Assembly (NCBI GenBank): GCA_013265495.1 | Contig: MU058198.1 | Location: 2,368,419 to 2,432,418 of the forward strand | Direction: 5' to 3' | From: Vicugna vicugna | Lineage: Eukaryota | DNA: 64,000 nucleotides | Shown here: positions 13,801 to 27,600 of the stretch, piece after piece | Numbering within the stretch: the first letter of the stretch is position 1 | Layout: every line of letters begins with the position of its first letter | The notes under the pieces: model-generated | Told to the model about the DNA's origin: nothing | What the model saw: only the letters and a program-made list of their open reading frames with translations | The model's database searches: none | Position numbers and translations under genes: made by a program

Positions 13801-16800
13801 TTTCCTAAAAGGAACCCCATACCTCCCTAGAATCCCATCCCACCCAGACCCTCCAACCACTAATCTGCTTGCAGTCTCTATGGATTTGCCTCTTCCAGAC
13901 ATTTCACGTGAATAGAATGATACAGCATGTGGCCTTTTGTGTCTGAACATCATGTTTTCAAGGCTTATCCCTGTTGACGAATACTACTCCATTGTATGGA
14001 TATACCAGTTTTGTTTATTCATTCATCAGTTGATGCATATTTGGGTGGTTTTTCTCTTTTGGCTGTTGTGATTAATGCTGTACAAGTCTTTGTGTGGACA
14101 TGTTTTCCTTTCTCTTAGGTAGGTACTTAGGAGTAGAATTGCTGAGTTGCATAGTAACTCCCTATTTGGCCCACATTCTTGCAGCCTGATAGGCTTGGGT
14201 TTGAGTCCTGGGTCTGCCACTTCGTGATTGCTGCAGGTCTGTAGGCAAGTCACCGCCTCACTCTCTGAGCCTGGGGAACCTCATCAGTGGACGGAGGAAC
14301 TATCCTACCTGCCTGTCCATCCTTAGCAAGGTTGCCGTGAGGTGCCAGCCAGGATGCTGTCAGGGGAAGGGCTTCCAGGAGGCAAGGCCATTATGTCATC
14401 CCAGGGAATGTTACTGCTTTGCTGGTTATTATTCCCCTTCTGCCTCCTTTAGCCATGGCTCTGAATCTCACCAGTCAGAGGAGATCAGCCACAGCTGCTG
14501 GTTTCAACAGAGAGATTTCTTGAGGATTTTTAGCTTTGTCTCTTTTACAGTTATTTGTTTTATTGCTTATAGAAGTAATCCATGTTCCTTGCAGAAAACA
14601 AAGTGCAGACACAATTGCTTTTAAGATCTTAGTGTATATTTCGGTATAAATACAGACACAATTAAATAAATGGATTTTTTATTACAGTAACAGGATTTTG
14701 CTGTCTAATAAACCAATTTTTCTTCAGCAAACAAGCATATCCTTCTATATCGGTTAATGTGGCTCTAGTCCATCATTTTTTTAATGGCCTGGTGGGAGCC
14801 CATCCTATCGATGTGCTAGTTTTTTTTTCCCCCTCCCCTTAATGGAGGCACTGGGGCTTGAACCCAGGACCTCGTGCATGCAAGCATGTGCTCTACCACT
14901 GAGCTATACTCCCCACCCCGTGCCAGTTCAAGTATTTCCTTTTGTGGGACCCTTACGCAGTTTCCAGGTTTTTGCTGCTACATTCTGCACTGGGTTCCAT
15001 GGAAACTGTATGAAACCTCTAAATGTGTGTGGCTCAGAGTGGGTTAGCCACATAGCACTGTTGGCCTCTTGCCATCCCAGGGGGTGACTGTGCGTCCCAC
15101 TTCTTCCTGCTGCTTTTATTTGTCCTTGGGTGTTATTTAAGCCCTTTACTGTTGTTCAGGAGGGGCAAGTAGGGCTGACTTGGGGCTATAGTTCTTAAGA
15201 GTCTGTGGAAGTGATGATTGGGGAAAAACATGTTTTATAACATCTGTGTAGTGAAGGTAGCAGTTGGTGTTTCAACAGGGAAGCTTCAGGGAGCTGCTGG
15301 GTGCTTCCTCATGTACGATCTGGGGGCCTCAACTGCTTTGATAGCGGTAATGAGAACAGTGACATAAATAACTTTTAATGAAAAAGAATATGAAAACAAA
15401 TATATGTATATATATATGCATGACTGGGACATTGTGCTGTACACCAGAAACTGACACATTGTAACTGACTATACTTCAATTAAAAAAATAATAGTGACAT
15501 AAACATAGCAACAATAGCTGGTAACATCATATGTGCCAAAGAGATTGCAAACACATTACTCACATATCTGGCCTCAGTCCTGCGATATCCCAGGAACTCT
15601 ATTATAATTTTTTAATAAATTTTTATTTATTTATGTTTGTTTTGTACTCTCAGGCTTTGAGGAGCCAAAACCTTTCTGTTCTCTTCCCAGAATTATGTTT
15701 TCCTCTTTATGAAACTCCCTGAGCCCCCTGTTTTAAGTAAGAGTGATTAGTGCACACAACTGACTTTTAGAATCATTAGAGCTAGAGACTATTAGAGCTG
15801 GCAGGGCCTTAACGTCATCTAATTCAGTGATCTTTGTTTATGAACTTTGATTTGCATGTGCAATGCCTGAAGACATTCTCGTAGTTAAAAGAAAATGCAA
15901 ACAATGTAGATGAAACTGAAGTCACCTCATCAACCTCTTATCCTCTTGTGTTCTCAGAGATAACCCTGGTGCCAGTTTAGTGTAAATTACTTTTCAGACC
16001 TTTTCAAGTTTATTTATTTGTTTATTTATTCATTCATTCATTCATTCATTTATGTTGAAGTATAATTGATTTACTGTATTATATTAGTTTCAAGTGTCTA
16101 ACAGTGATTTAGTATTTTTATAGATAATACTCCATTTATGTCATTATAAAATATTGGCTATATTACCGGTGCTGTATAATTTTCAGACCTTTTAAAATGC
16201 ATTTATATATAAATGTACATTTATGCATGTATCTGCAGACACACACATCCTTAGAAATCCGTAGTATTGATTTGTAGGTTTCCTCACCAGTAAATGGTGT
16301 TATATTGTTTGCATTGTTCAGCACCTTGCTTTTTCCCTCTAAACAGTAAGTCTTAGAGATTGCCCGTGTCAGCACCTTCATCTTTTTCATGGCTGCATAT
16401 GAGTCCGCCAAATGTACAGGATCATCCCCATGTGGATGGGCAGGTTGTTTGCAGGGCTTGCCTGTTACATAGCATGAGTACCGACCATCTTTGGGCTGGC
16501 TCACCTGGGCACACCTGGGTAGGTGATTGGAATGGCTGGGTTAGAAGTCAGAGAAGAAGGTTCATAACCACTGGCTAAACCCTCATGCATAATCAGATGG
16601 CCCTCGAAGGTGTACCTGCCTCCACTGTTCTCAGTGTCTGAGAGCACTCACTTCCCAGGCCTCGGTCAGCACCAGCTCTTCCTAACCTGATGGGTGAAAT
16701 AGTACCAGTGATTTCCTCAGAGGAGGCTGTTCCCCTGTAATGAGCACTGTGGCCTCAGTGACCCACTGTTTCTAGTGGGAGCATCTCTAATCCAGGTACA

Positions 16801-18659
16801 GGGACAGAAAAGAGTCCACTGGTAGTCAAAACATTCTTCACTGCCTTCTGTAAACAAGGAAATGGAGTTTCCCACAGTTGGTCAGCGGTGGGCCAGAAGC
16901 AGAGTTGAGGGAACTGAATCTTTGTACAGGACTTTTTATACTGTGCTTAAAAAAAAGTCAGTTGCCCATGCACAGGGTTATGCAGGGGTGGCATAGCTCA
17001 AGATAGCTCAAGTGGTAGAGCACATGTTCAGCGTGCATGAGGTCCTGGTTCAACCTCCATTTAAAAAAATAATTAAATAAATAAACCCAATTACCTACCC
17101 CCCACCCAAATCAACAAGCAAAAAAGTCAGTTGCATTAAACCTGCCTGTTGCCAGTAAGGTGTGGCTTGATTCCTCTCTGGGTTTTGGAAAAAAAGGTAA
17201 TTTTGACGCTGTGAAATTACACGCCCTCTAATTCTGAAATAGTTTTTTCCTTGACTGTTTTTTTGGTTGATGCCACAGCATCCAACTGGGAGGTAATTTC
17301 TGTTAATAATCCTCGTCGAATGAGAGGCCCTGTCTTTGGTGGCATATGGAGCGGCTTAGTCACTGGCTGATGGAGGTGCAGTTAGAAAGCTGTGTGTCTC
17401 AGGCAGAGGACTGGACACCTGTACAAACACGTTCAGAAGGGCTGCCTGCTAATTGTTCAGAACTCTGCTGGCTCCTTGACAGATGGGAGATCAGACAGCC
17501 GCCATTTACAGCAGCTGAAGTTTAAGAGGGGACTGTGGCATTTTTTTGAAATCCAGAAATCCAGACTGTTTTACTTGTAAACATGTCTGCTGCCAGGTTA
17601 TTTATAACAAGGAAAAATCGGTGACAAGCTCAAAGTCTCGCTGTGGAGAACACAGGTGAATGGTTAAGTCAATAGTGATAAACCCATCCAGTGGGTTATT
17701 ACACAGCTGTTACAGCTAACTTGTAAATTCATGATGGAATGTTTGTGTCAGAAAATTTAAGTGATCTATTCTCTGTTTCTTGGAGTGTAACCTAGGGGGT
17801 TCTTTTTGGAGGTGAACTCCAAATTTCTTAATTTTAAATGTAATCCAGCAGTTACATTTCCAAGAAATATGTCCTGCTGAGATGTTGCACAAGCGCACAG
17901 AGATTTAGATACAAGGATGTTCCCTTCAGCACTGTTTATACTAGGAATCATTGGAGAGAAGCCAAATAGCCATCCCCTGAGGTCTGAGAAACACCTTAAG
18001 GCGCATTCATACAATTATATATCCTGCAGTGATGGAAGGAAGGGAAATGAGGTCAACCCAGCCTATCTGTGCGTGTGACATGAAAAGACTGGGTCCAAGA
18101 TCCCGTATTAAATGGAGAAAAGTAAGATACAGAACAGAACGTGCAGTCCTGTCCCAGTGCTCTTAAATCCGTGTGTGTGTTGGCAAATGCGTAGGAGAGA
18201 ACTTGCAGAATATCTGTATCAACTGTCAGCTGTGGTTTTCAGAGGAATGGGGGTTAGAAAGGACTTCGGCTTTCTAATTCCGAATTCTGTGTTGCTTGTA
18301 TTTTTCTTATAATAAACAGATCAGACATTTGGAATCAGGGGTAAAAATCAAGATCCCTAAATAAAGAACCAAGTCCCATTGACCGACTCTCCTGGAAGTC
18401 TGTGAATGATATTTGCAGTGTGATTCCGGTTTTATTTAAAAGTGCACGTTAAGGATCTGGAAAAGAACTGGTCCCTAAAGCATCGATGATAGTTGCTCTG
18501 GGTGGACAGCATGTGGCGGATTTTAATCTTCTTTGTCTTCTGTATTTGCCAAGCATTTTCATTAAGCATGAATTAGCTTCCAAATAGGAAGGAAAAAAAT
18601 TACAGGCTTCAGTTTTAGACTTTGCAGAGGTTAGAAAGCCCCAGCAAGGGAGCCCCGGG

Positions 18660-18695
<36 letters not shown>

Positions 18696-21600
18696 CTCGG
18701 AAGGCTCAGCTCCTCTGCCTTGTCTCCTCTGAGTGGGATCCCAGTGACAGGGCTCAGGCAGTGCGGCCTGGACGGGGGGCTGTCCTGTTTGGACTCAAGT
18801 CCGAGGTAGAGCTCCTGAGAGCTGGTCCTTGAGGCTGAGAGATGCTGTCGAGAGGTGAGGTCCGGACATCGTCCAGCCCACCTTCCAGCCCTATGGCTCA
18901 GGATTCTGGTCTGGAAGGGAGTTTTAATCTCATCGATTTTTAAAGGCTCCCAGGTGAAGGTTCAAGCTCTTCAGGAAAAGATCAGGAGGCGATTGCTACC
19001 CAGTATGAATGTCAAGGTATTTGTTTGGAGGGGAAAGAGACAGAATCTACCTTGGGATTATAAAAGCAATAAAATGAGCTCTTTAAAACAAAAAATAGGG
19101 TCATACAATGAAGCTGTTGAGAATCAGCGTATTCTCTTCATAATATATTTTGGTCATCTTTCTCAGTACCCGAAAAGCTCTGTTCTCAACAGGGTTTGAA
19201 AGTCTCGGGGGATGCTTTGAGCATCACAGCAGTGGAAGGCACCTCAGGCAGCAAGTGGGTGAAGGGCAGCGATGCTGAACCCTGAAATGGGCAGAGCGCT
19301 TCTGCACAAGGAGTTGTCCCGCACCCACAGGACCTGGGAGCGTCTTGTGGGAATCTGTTCACAACTAACCGGGCCCAGAGCTTAGCACTCTGTTCGTGTA
19401 AAGGCAACGTATCTTTTGCATGGTTTGATATACTTTGAGTTTAGGAAAGTTACATTGTCCGTGAATTTCATTTAGGGCAGTAAAATGGGGTCTATTTATG
19501 ATTTGTACAATATTTTTAAAAAGATGACATTGGACCAGACAGGGTCCAGAATTCCCATCACAGAATAAGTGCAGTCTTGGAAGGGCTGTTTAGCATTTTT
19601 AATGGAGATAATCAAAATGTATTAACCAACCTCCGCAGAGAGATATTTGGGTTGAATTCAGTTTTGCACAAAAATGCCTCTTGTACACTTACACTTGTCT
19701 TGCTGTAGGGTCCATTCCTAGATGTAGAATTGCTGGATCAAAATAAAGGAAGGCATTTTTTTTCATTTTAGTACGTGGCCAGATTGCCCTTAGAAGAGGT
19801 TTATACCCACTGACAGTATGTGAGAACACCCGTTTGCCCACATCCTGCTCAGAACTTGTGATTACCAGCTGTTCAAATGCTTACCAATCTGAACAAGGGA
19901 GTGGGTAGGGGAATAATACCTTATTTTCATCCTCAACTTTATGATAACCAGTGAAGTGGTATGTGTTTTTCTATATATATTATGTTTCTTCTTCAGTTTT
20001 GTAGTTAAGGCAGGTCTTTTCTGGCCATGGGAAGGCTGTGCCCATGTGAGGTCTCTTGGGGACTGAAATACGGGCGTATTTCTCTCTGATTGATGCTGTC
20101 TGCCTCCCCCAGAGGTTGTAGACACCTGGGAAATCACAGGGCGGGAGGAGCTGGCCTACACTGTCCCAGCAGCCCCTGGTCTGGACCTAACACTCCCTTT
20201 TGCTTTTGCAGGAAGCCTGGAAGCATGCAATTGAGAAGGCCAAGCACATGCCCGACCCTTGGGCCGAGTTCCACTTGGAGGACATTGCCACGGAATGTGC
20301 CACACGTCACAGGTCAGCCCCTTGTCTGCAGGTGCTGTATGACCTCAGTCCTTAAGGAGTCCTTGGGGATTAGGTCCTGCACTGCTTATAATCAGTGAGG
20401 CTTAAATAGCCTTACGGATCAAGGAAAAGGGAATATAATAATAATAGCAGCCAATATTTGAGTATTTATGTGTGCTTAAGACATGATACATTATCTCATT
20501 TAATCCTTACAGTGGTCCTATAAGGTGTGTATTTGACAGGCTAGGCTGAGTTATGCTGCAGTAACAAATACCCCGGGGCTTAATGCAACAAAAGTGCATT
20601 TCTTGCTCATACGAAGTTGAGTGAGAGTTAACTCTTCAGGGCAGCTCAGGGATCCAGGCTACTTTCATCTTGTGGCTCCATCATCTCAACATGTGACCCC
20701 TACAATTGCTATCAAAGGGACAGCAGACCAGCTTTTCAGTGCCTTGGCCCCAGGAAGATTCACAAAGTCAAGCCAAGAGGGTCCAGACTTCCTATTTGGA
20801 AAAGTAGAGGGAGGGAAGAGCATTTTCATGGGATTTCAGGAAGAATGAAAAACAACAAAACCCAGAAAACACCACCACCAATATAGTGACAAGGATGAGT
20901 GTGATGCTGCTGCTGAAGGCCCTTATTTATTGAATCTTCCATCTGCCAGGCACTGCTTAAGTACTCTATATGTATTTATTCATGTAAAAAAAAGGCCTGA
21001 AGTAGGAGTTGTGTCAAAGCATGTGGGACTTCTTTGAGAATTTGGTGAGGCCATCTCAGAAAGTTGCACACATACGTCTAATTTGCTCATAATTTTAGAG
21101 GACTCATGGATCCACGGTGGAGCCTGCCCTGTGTCCTGTGACCTCTGTAGACCCCTCAGTTCTGACTCATCCAGGTCAATCCAGTCAGTGCCCTCAATTG
21201 CCCCAGGGGAGAGAGGTTTGAGCAGGGTCACTCAGATAGTTAAACTAACTTTCTGACTCTCAGTCCAGTGTCTTAGAATTAGTTAGGGCTCTGTTTCAAA
21301 TGCAAGTGAAAGAAACCCAATTCACAGTGGCTTAAGCATAAAAAGGAATGATCAACTCATCTATGTGGGCTTCAGGTATGGCTACTTCCAGATGCTCCAA
21401 GGATGCTTTTGGCTTTGACCCCAGATGGACTTTCTTTTATCAGTAGCACAGATGACCCCTAGGGGCTGCATATTTTATCTACCCAATGGAAAAGTGTCTT
21501 CTCTTTTTCAAACTTTTTAAAACAAAAATTCCATATTTGAATCTTATTGGCCTGACTTTGGTTATATGCTCATCACTGAACCAGTCATTGTACCAGGAGC

Positions 21601-24600
21601 TTTGCTCTGATTGGACAGGTCTAGATTATATACTACGAGCCAGAAGGTGCTGGGGGATCAGCTCTACCCAGTCCGTATGTTCTGAGAATGGAGGATGGTG
21701 GCTCCCCAAGGAAAATTGGGGTGCTGTTCCCAGAAGAAGGGAGAGTGGATGCTAGGCAGGCAGAAACAGTGAGGTTAGCATTGTGGGGGCCCCTGCAGGC
21801 CAGGGTGTGGGCTCTATTCCTTCCTACCTGTAAGGGCAGTGTGGTGGCTGATTGGTGACAGGTGGCCTCCAGGCTGAGGACACTGGGTCACAGAGGGAGG
21901 CCCCTGGGAAAGCAGGACCCACATGCTGGGCTGGCTCTGTGTGTCCCAGAGCTCCATGGGGGCCAGGAGCCATGGGCCAGGCCAAAGTGTGTGTATTTCC
22001 TAACCAAAGTGGTTGACTTCACTTGTCCTGGCTGCTGGTAGACGGTGGTCAGGCGTTGATGGCCAGAAACTCTAGAGATTTCTAAATCGGAGGCTTCCTC
22101 TTCCATTCCTGGTTTTTAAAGAGCTCTGCTGTAAGCTGGCCCTTTATCGGGGCAGATTTCCTGTTCATGTGTATTGTACCCAGGCTGGTTAAGAGCAAGG
22201 TTTTGGTTGAAACCTACCTGGGTTTGAATCTTGGCTCTCGAAGTTTATTTCATCTCTCTGAACCTCAGTTTCCCTGTCTGGAAAGTGGGCACAATATTTG
22301 TACCGATGTCATAGGGCTGAGCAAAGGTTGATAGAGGAGTTCCATGTAAGTGCCCAGCATGCAGTGAATGCTCAGTGAACTTGGTGCAGCTCTGTCCTTT
22401 ACAACGTGACTGGCTGTGAGGACAAAAAAGTTTCTTCCAATATCACAAGTCTCTACCCTCCCCAACTTCTGGGCACCTCTCAGCTTTCAGTCTCTTTTGG
22501 AAGTGAAGCAAGATGATTCCTTTACCTCGGCCTCTACATAGTAATAATCATAATGATTGCTACTATTTATTGAGTACAGTGCTTGCCATGGCTGATTGCC
22601 AGCAAGTGTGTGGCTCTGGCGAACTTTCCTCTCCGCCCTCCTCGCCCCACCCCGGCCTGGGGCAGGTTACCTGCCAGGCCGCTGCTTGTTTTCCCTCGTA
22701 GAGACTTCAGGCTCTGAGAAGGCTATGCTCATGAACTAGGAGGTTCTGGAGTCTGTCCACACTGAGGATGAGCCAGGGAGGCATCTGTTAGAATTAAGAA
22801 CACCTCAGCCCTGGGGGAGATTTTAAATTTGAGAGATTTCCTGAGCTGAGGAGCTTTCTACCAGGCAAACCTGTTTCAGGCCCAGCCAGGCCCAGGGGCA
22901 GATTTGCGCTGGGAGAGAGGATTCCTGGGAAAGGAGAGGTGGAAATGTTCTGGAACCCTCTCCATCCCTCTCTGCCTTGGGTTTGTATCCAGTAACTCCT
23001 TTCCTGGCTGGACTCAGAGGCAGGACCCTCCTCCACCCCTGCCTGCACTGGGACAGTCTTTAGGAGACACCCAGCTTCCTGGGCTGGGCTCCCACTGGCA
23101 AGACCAAGGGTACTGCCACCTCCCATCCTGGGACACGCCATTCATTATGTAGACCAGTTATATAAGGATATTTATTTCTCCAGTTGTTCATCCAGCAAGT
23201 ACTTAGTAAGCTTCCATAGTAGCAAGCCCTGCAGTGAACAAGACAGACGTGGCTTGTCTTTGTGGAATTACCGTCCAGTGGGGGAGCCAGATAGGGGACA
23301 AGCCTACCCACAATGCAGCAGTACGTGCTGGGGGACATGGTGGAGAGGGAACACCTGGCTTTGAGGAAGGGAACGGAGGCCAGTGTGGCAGGAGGGCCTG
23401 GGAGGGAGGGAGTGTGTCCACAAACCCAACCCTGGAGGTCAGCAGGGCCTGTGGGTAGACAGTGGACTTGACCCTGAGGGCAGCAGGGAGCCCAGAAAAG
23501 TCTTTTGCCTTTAGCCAGTGAGTGACAGGATCAGGTAATGGACAGTGTGCCCTGGGGTGGGTTCTGGTCTCTGCAGGTACAATGCTGTCACCGGGGAGTG
23601 GCTGCAAGATGAAGTTCTGATCAAGATGGCGTCTCAGGTGAGCAGAGCCTCGAGCCCAGGGCTGAGAGGGGATTTCTCTAGAAAGCACTTCAACAACTTC
23701 AGTGCCTGCTCCCTTTCCTCCACACCCACTTTATTTTATTTTTTAACTTTGGAGGAGTCTTTGTAGTATCGTCTACTTATTTTATTTTTTATAACAGTTT
23801 TATTGGGATATAATTCACACACCATACCACCTACACATTTAACGTGTACAGTTCAGTGTTTTTTAGTGTAGTCAGAGTTGTGCGAACATCACCACGATTG
23901 ATTCCAGAACATTTTCACCATGTCTAGAAGAAATTGTCTACATACCCATTAGCAGTCAGTAGCCAGTTCCCTCATCTGCCCCAAGCCCTAGGCAACCACT
24001 AATTTGCCTTCTGTCTCTATAGATTTGCCTGTTCTGGATGTTTTGTATATTCATCGTATATCAAAAGATTCTTCTTGGCACTCTTGTCAAAAATCAGTGA
24101 ACCATAAATGTGTGTATCAGTTTTTAAAAATTGCAGGTTAGCACCTATTACTGAATTGTTAAATGAACTCAGTGGGTTGCAAGCAGCTTCTGAAAAAAAG
24201 GTATTGACTAGAAAATAGAGCACGTCCTGCAGAGTAAGGGGAAGGAACGATTTGTGAAGCTTTTTTTTAGTGTATCACACACACAGAAAAGTGTACAGCT
24301 TGGTGAGTTTCACCAAGTGAGCACACCATGTAACCGGCATCCAGGTCAAGACACAGGACACGACTAGCACCCCGAGAAGTCCCTCTCAGCCACAGTCACT
24401 ACTCCTTAACCCCCAGGGGTAAGCACCACCCTGAATTCTATTCTACCCAAGGTCAATTTTGCCTTTTTTTGTGTTCGATATAAATGAAGCCACACAATAT
24501 AAATTCAAGTATGGCTTCTTTTGCTCAATGTTTTGTCGATGAGATTTGCACATGTTTTTGCTAGAACTCGAATTTGTTCATTTATCATTGCTGTATAGTA

Positions 24601-27600
24601 TTTCATCAAGTGAATAGACCTAACTGGTTGATCCATTCTACTCTTGATGGACATTTAGGTCGTTTTGCTTTTTTTCTACGGACACTGCCCCACACACACA
24701 CACATCGACCCTGTCATATCTTCACCCCCTGGGGGTTCTTCCCCTCAGTGAGGGTTGGGGATGGAGTGATCCCATCAGTCCTGCAGCCTCCAGGCTGGAA
24801 GTTCGACGAGGCCTTGGTGCTGGAGAATATGAGGGGAGGCCCAAGGATTTTAGGGTTGAGATGAGATCCAGGGCATCCATTTGGTGGGTGACGTCCAAGG
24901 GGAAAATCTCCTGGCTCAGGGTAGCTTCTGGCTGGGTATGGGACTGATAACCTGCTGTGTGATGTCTTTCAGCCCTTTGGCCGAGGAGCAATGAGAGAGT
25001 GCTTCAGGACGTAAGTGACTCAGCCTGGCTTTGGGGCCCTGCCAAGACTCCTCAAGCTCCTGAGAGGAGGGACATTGTAACATTTCTGGTCTAGAAATGG
25101 AGACGGTGGCTTCTTTTCTTACAGCCCAAGGTCTTTTCCATCTGGTCTCCCTGGGAGCACACATTGGGCCCAGCTGTGGGGATGAGCTCAGGAAGAACAG
25201 GGAGTATGTCCCTTAAGCCCCCTTCCCGGCCCATTTGAAAGGTGCCGTCGGGTGGTGAAGCCCCTCCCACCTCTTGCATTTTGTTCCTGGCTCCAGCTAG
25301 CCACATCAGGCAGGGTCTCCCCATCCTGAGGACCAGGACTGGATCCCTGGCGAGCCCCAGGGCACCCAGGCAGACCCCCTGACCCCTCTCCCCCCAGGAA
25401 GAAGCTCTCCAACTTCCTGCACACCCAGCAGTGGAAGGGGGCCTCCAACTACGTGGCAAAGCGCTACATCGAGTCCGTGGACAGAGACGTGTACTTTGAG
25501 GACGTGCGTCTGCAGATGGAGGCCAAGCTCTGGGGAGAGGAGTATAATCGGCACAAGCCCCCCAAACAGGTGTGTGGGACCCCTGCCTGCCGCCCTCCCA
25601 CACGGGGCATCGGGGACGTGCCTGGAGGAGAGGGCGGCGATGGTGATGCTCACGGGCTCCCTTCTTCACTGTCTGTGCAGCAGCTCTTAACAACCATCGT
25701 TTACTGAGCCCGATAACTCAAGTTTGCTTATTCCTAAAAACAGCTCTGAGCTTGTTTGATGTTGGAGTGTTTTTTATTCCATTTACAGATGGGATCTATT
25801 AGTTAGGATTTTTCTTTGTGAATGACAGAGACCCACTTAAATGAGCTTAATCCAAAAAGGGAATTTATTGCCTCCTGTAACTGAGAAACAGAGCTGGCTA
25901 CAAGCACAGCGGGATCCAGGGCCAGACTGAGGCTGTTGGGGATCTTCCTCCAGCTCTAGCCTCGACGTTCTTCTGTGCCGGCATCACTCTCGGGCAGCTT
26001 TTCGACTAGCAGTGAAATGTCCGCCCCAGGAGCTGCAGGCTTGCTTTCTGTTTCTCAGCAACCCTAATGGAATGACACTTGTTTTCCTTCAAGTTCCAAT
26101 AAAGGTCCCAAAACTGGGTTTCATTGGCTCTGATGAGGTCAGGTGCCTGTCACTGAGCCAGTCATGATGATCACGGGGCAGGAATGTATAGATTGGGCAG
26201 ACTTGAGCCTTGTACTCACCCTTTAGAACCAGGAGTATGGGTCCTTCCACCCGGACTACGTGGGCTGAGATTGGTGGCTCCCAAGAAAAAGCAGGAGAGG
26301 GGATGGGAAATGGAAACCTAATCTACCCCTGGGGAATCCAGGGCACAGAGGGGTTAAGTGTCTTGCACGAATTGGCAGGGTAGAGCCGGGGTCAAATCCA
26401 GACTTTCCCAGCCCCTGCTTTTGGCACCTTCACTTGAGCCCCCAGGGTAATGGTGACCTGAGGCCAAGCAGAATCTCCTGATACCTGCGGGCATTTGAGG
26501 AAATGGCACAGTGGGCCTCTACCCTAGCTAAATTCACAGCTCAGCTTTCCTTCTGTTTTGCCCCTGCTAGATATATGACACCATCCCCTGAGTGCCTTGG
26601 GAGAGCCACACTTCCAGGCAATCAGCAGAATTTATTGAGTGCCTGCTGTTTGCAGGGCCCTTGACATGGGCACCAGAAACCACATGCCTGCGCTTGGGAG
26701 TGTGTCTTCCTTAGATCACTACACTCCAGCCTGGCCACCTTTCCCTTCCTCCCTAACCTTGTTTCTGCCTCAGGACCTTTGCACTGGCTGTGCCCCCCAG
26801 GCTGCCTCATTCTCCTCCTCAGTCCTTCTCACAGTTCAGGTCTCAGCTTTGTCACCTCCTCAGCTAGGCTGTACCAGACCATCCTAAATCAAGCAGCCCT
26901 TTCACTGCCACGCCCTCTGTAGTGTCAGTCTGTTTGTTCTGGTTTCTTTTTTCAGAGCACTTGGCACTGTCTGAAAGGGTCTTATTCATGTAGTTATATT
27001 TCAGTTGCCTCTCTCCCCTGAGGGCAAGGATTTTATCTGTCTTGTTCACTCTATCCCAGTACCTAGGTGCTCAGTAAATAATAGTGTGGTTGAATGGATG
27101 AAGGGAGAGGAATGTGGTTGTTTGAGGAGGAGCTGGCTGCCCCTTGAGGATGTGTCCTTGCTACTGACCCTCACCCATTAGCCTTCTAGCCAAGCGGGTG
27201 GCCCTGTAGCAGGTTTCCTTATAAGGATGAAGCCAGCTTTTGGAGTAGGAATCCTCTGGGAACCAGCAGCTCCCTCCCCTCTGGCTGGGTTCTTAGAACT
27301 TGGGCCACATAGAGGGAGATTCTCAGCTCTTAGCTCTGGGCTCCTTTGGTCTCTGCAGCTATCGTCTGCCTGTCTGGTGACTCAGCCAAGCAGTTCCCAG
27401 GGTGGTCATTTCCTTGGGAAACCCAGACCTGGCTCCTGTTGTAGGTGGCGTGGAAGGGGGCAGGTGCCATGGGTGTGACCCTGTGTAACAGATCACAAGT
27501 TAGAGTTGCAGGTCTTCTCTGCCCTACTTTACAAGCCATACACAGTACTTACACATTTTCTTCTGAGTGCAAGATTAAACAGACACTTGGTGCACAATGT

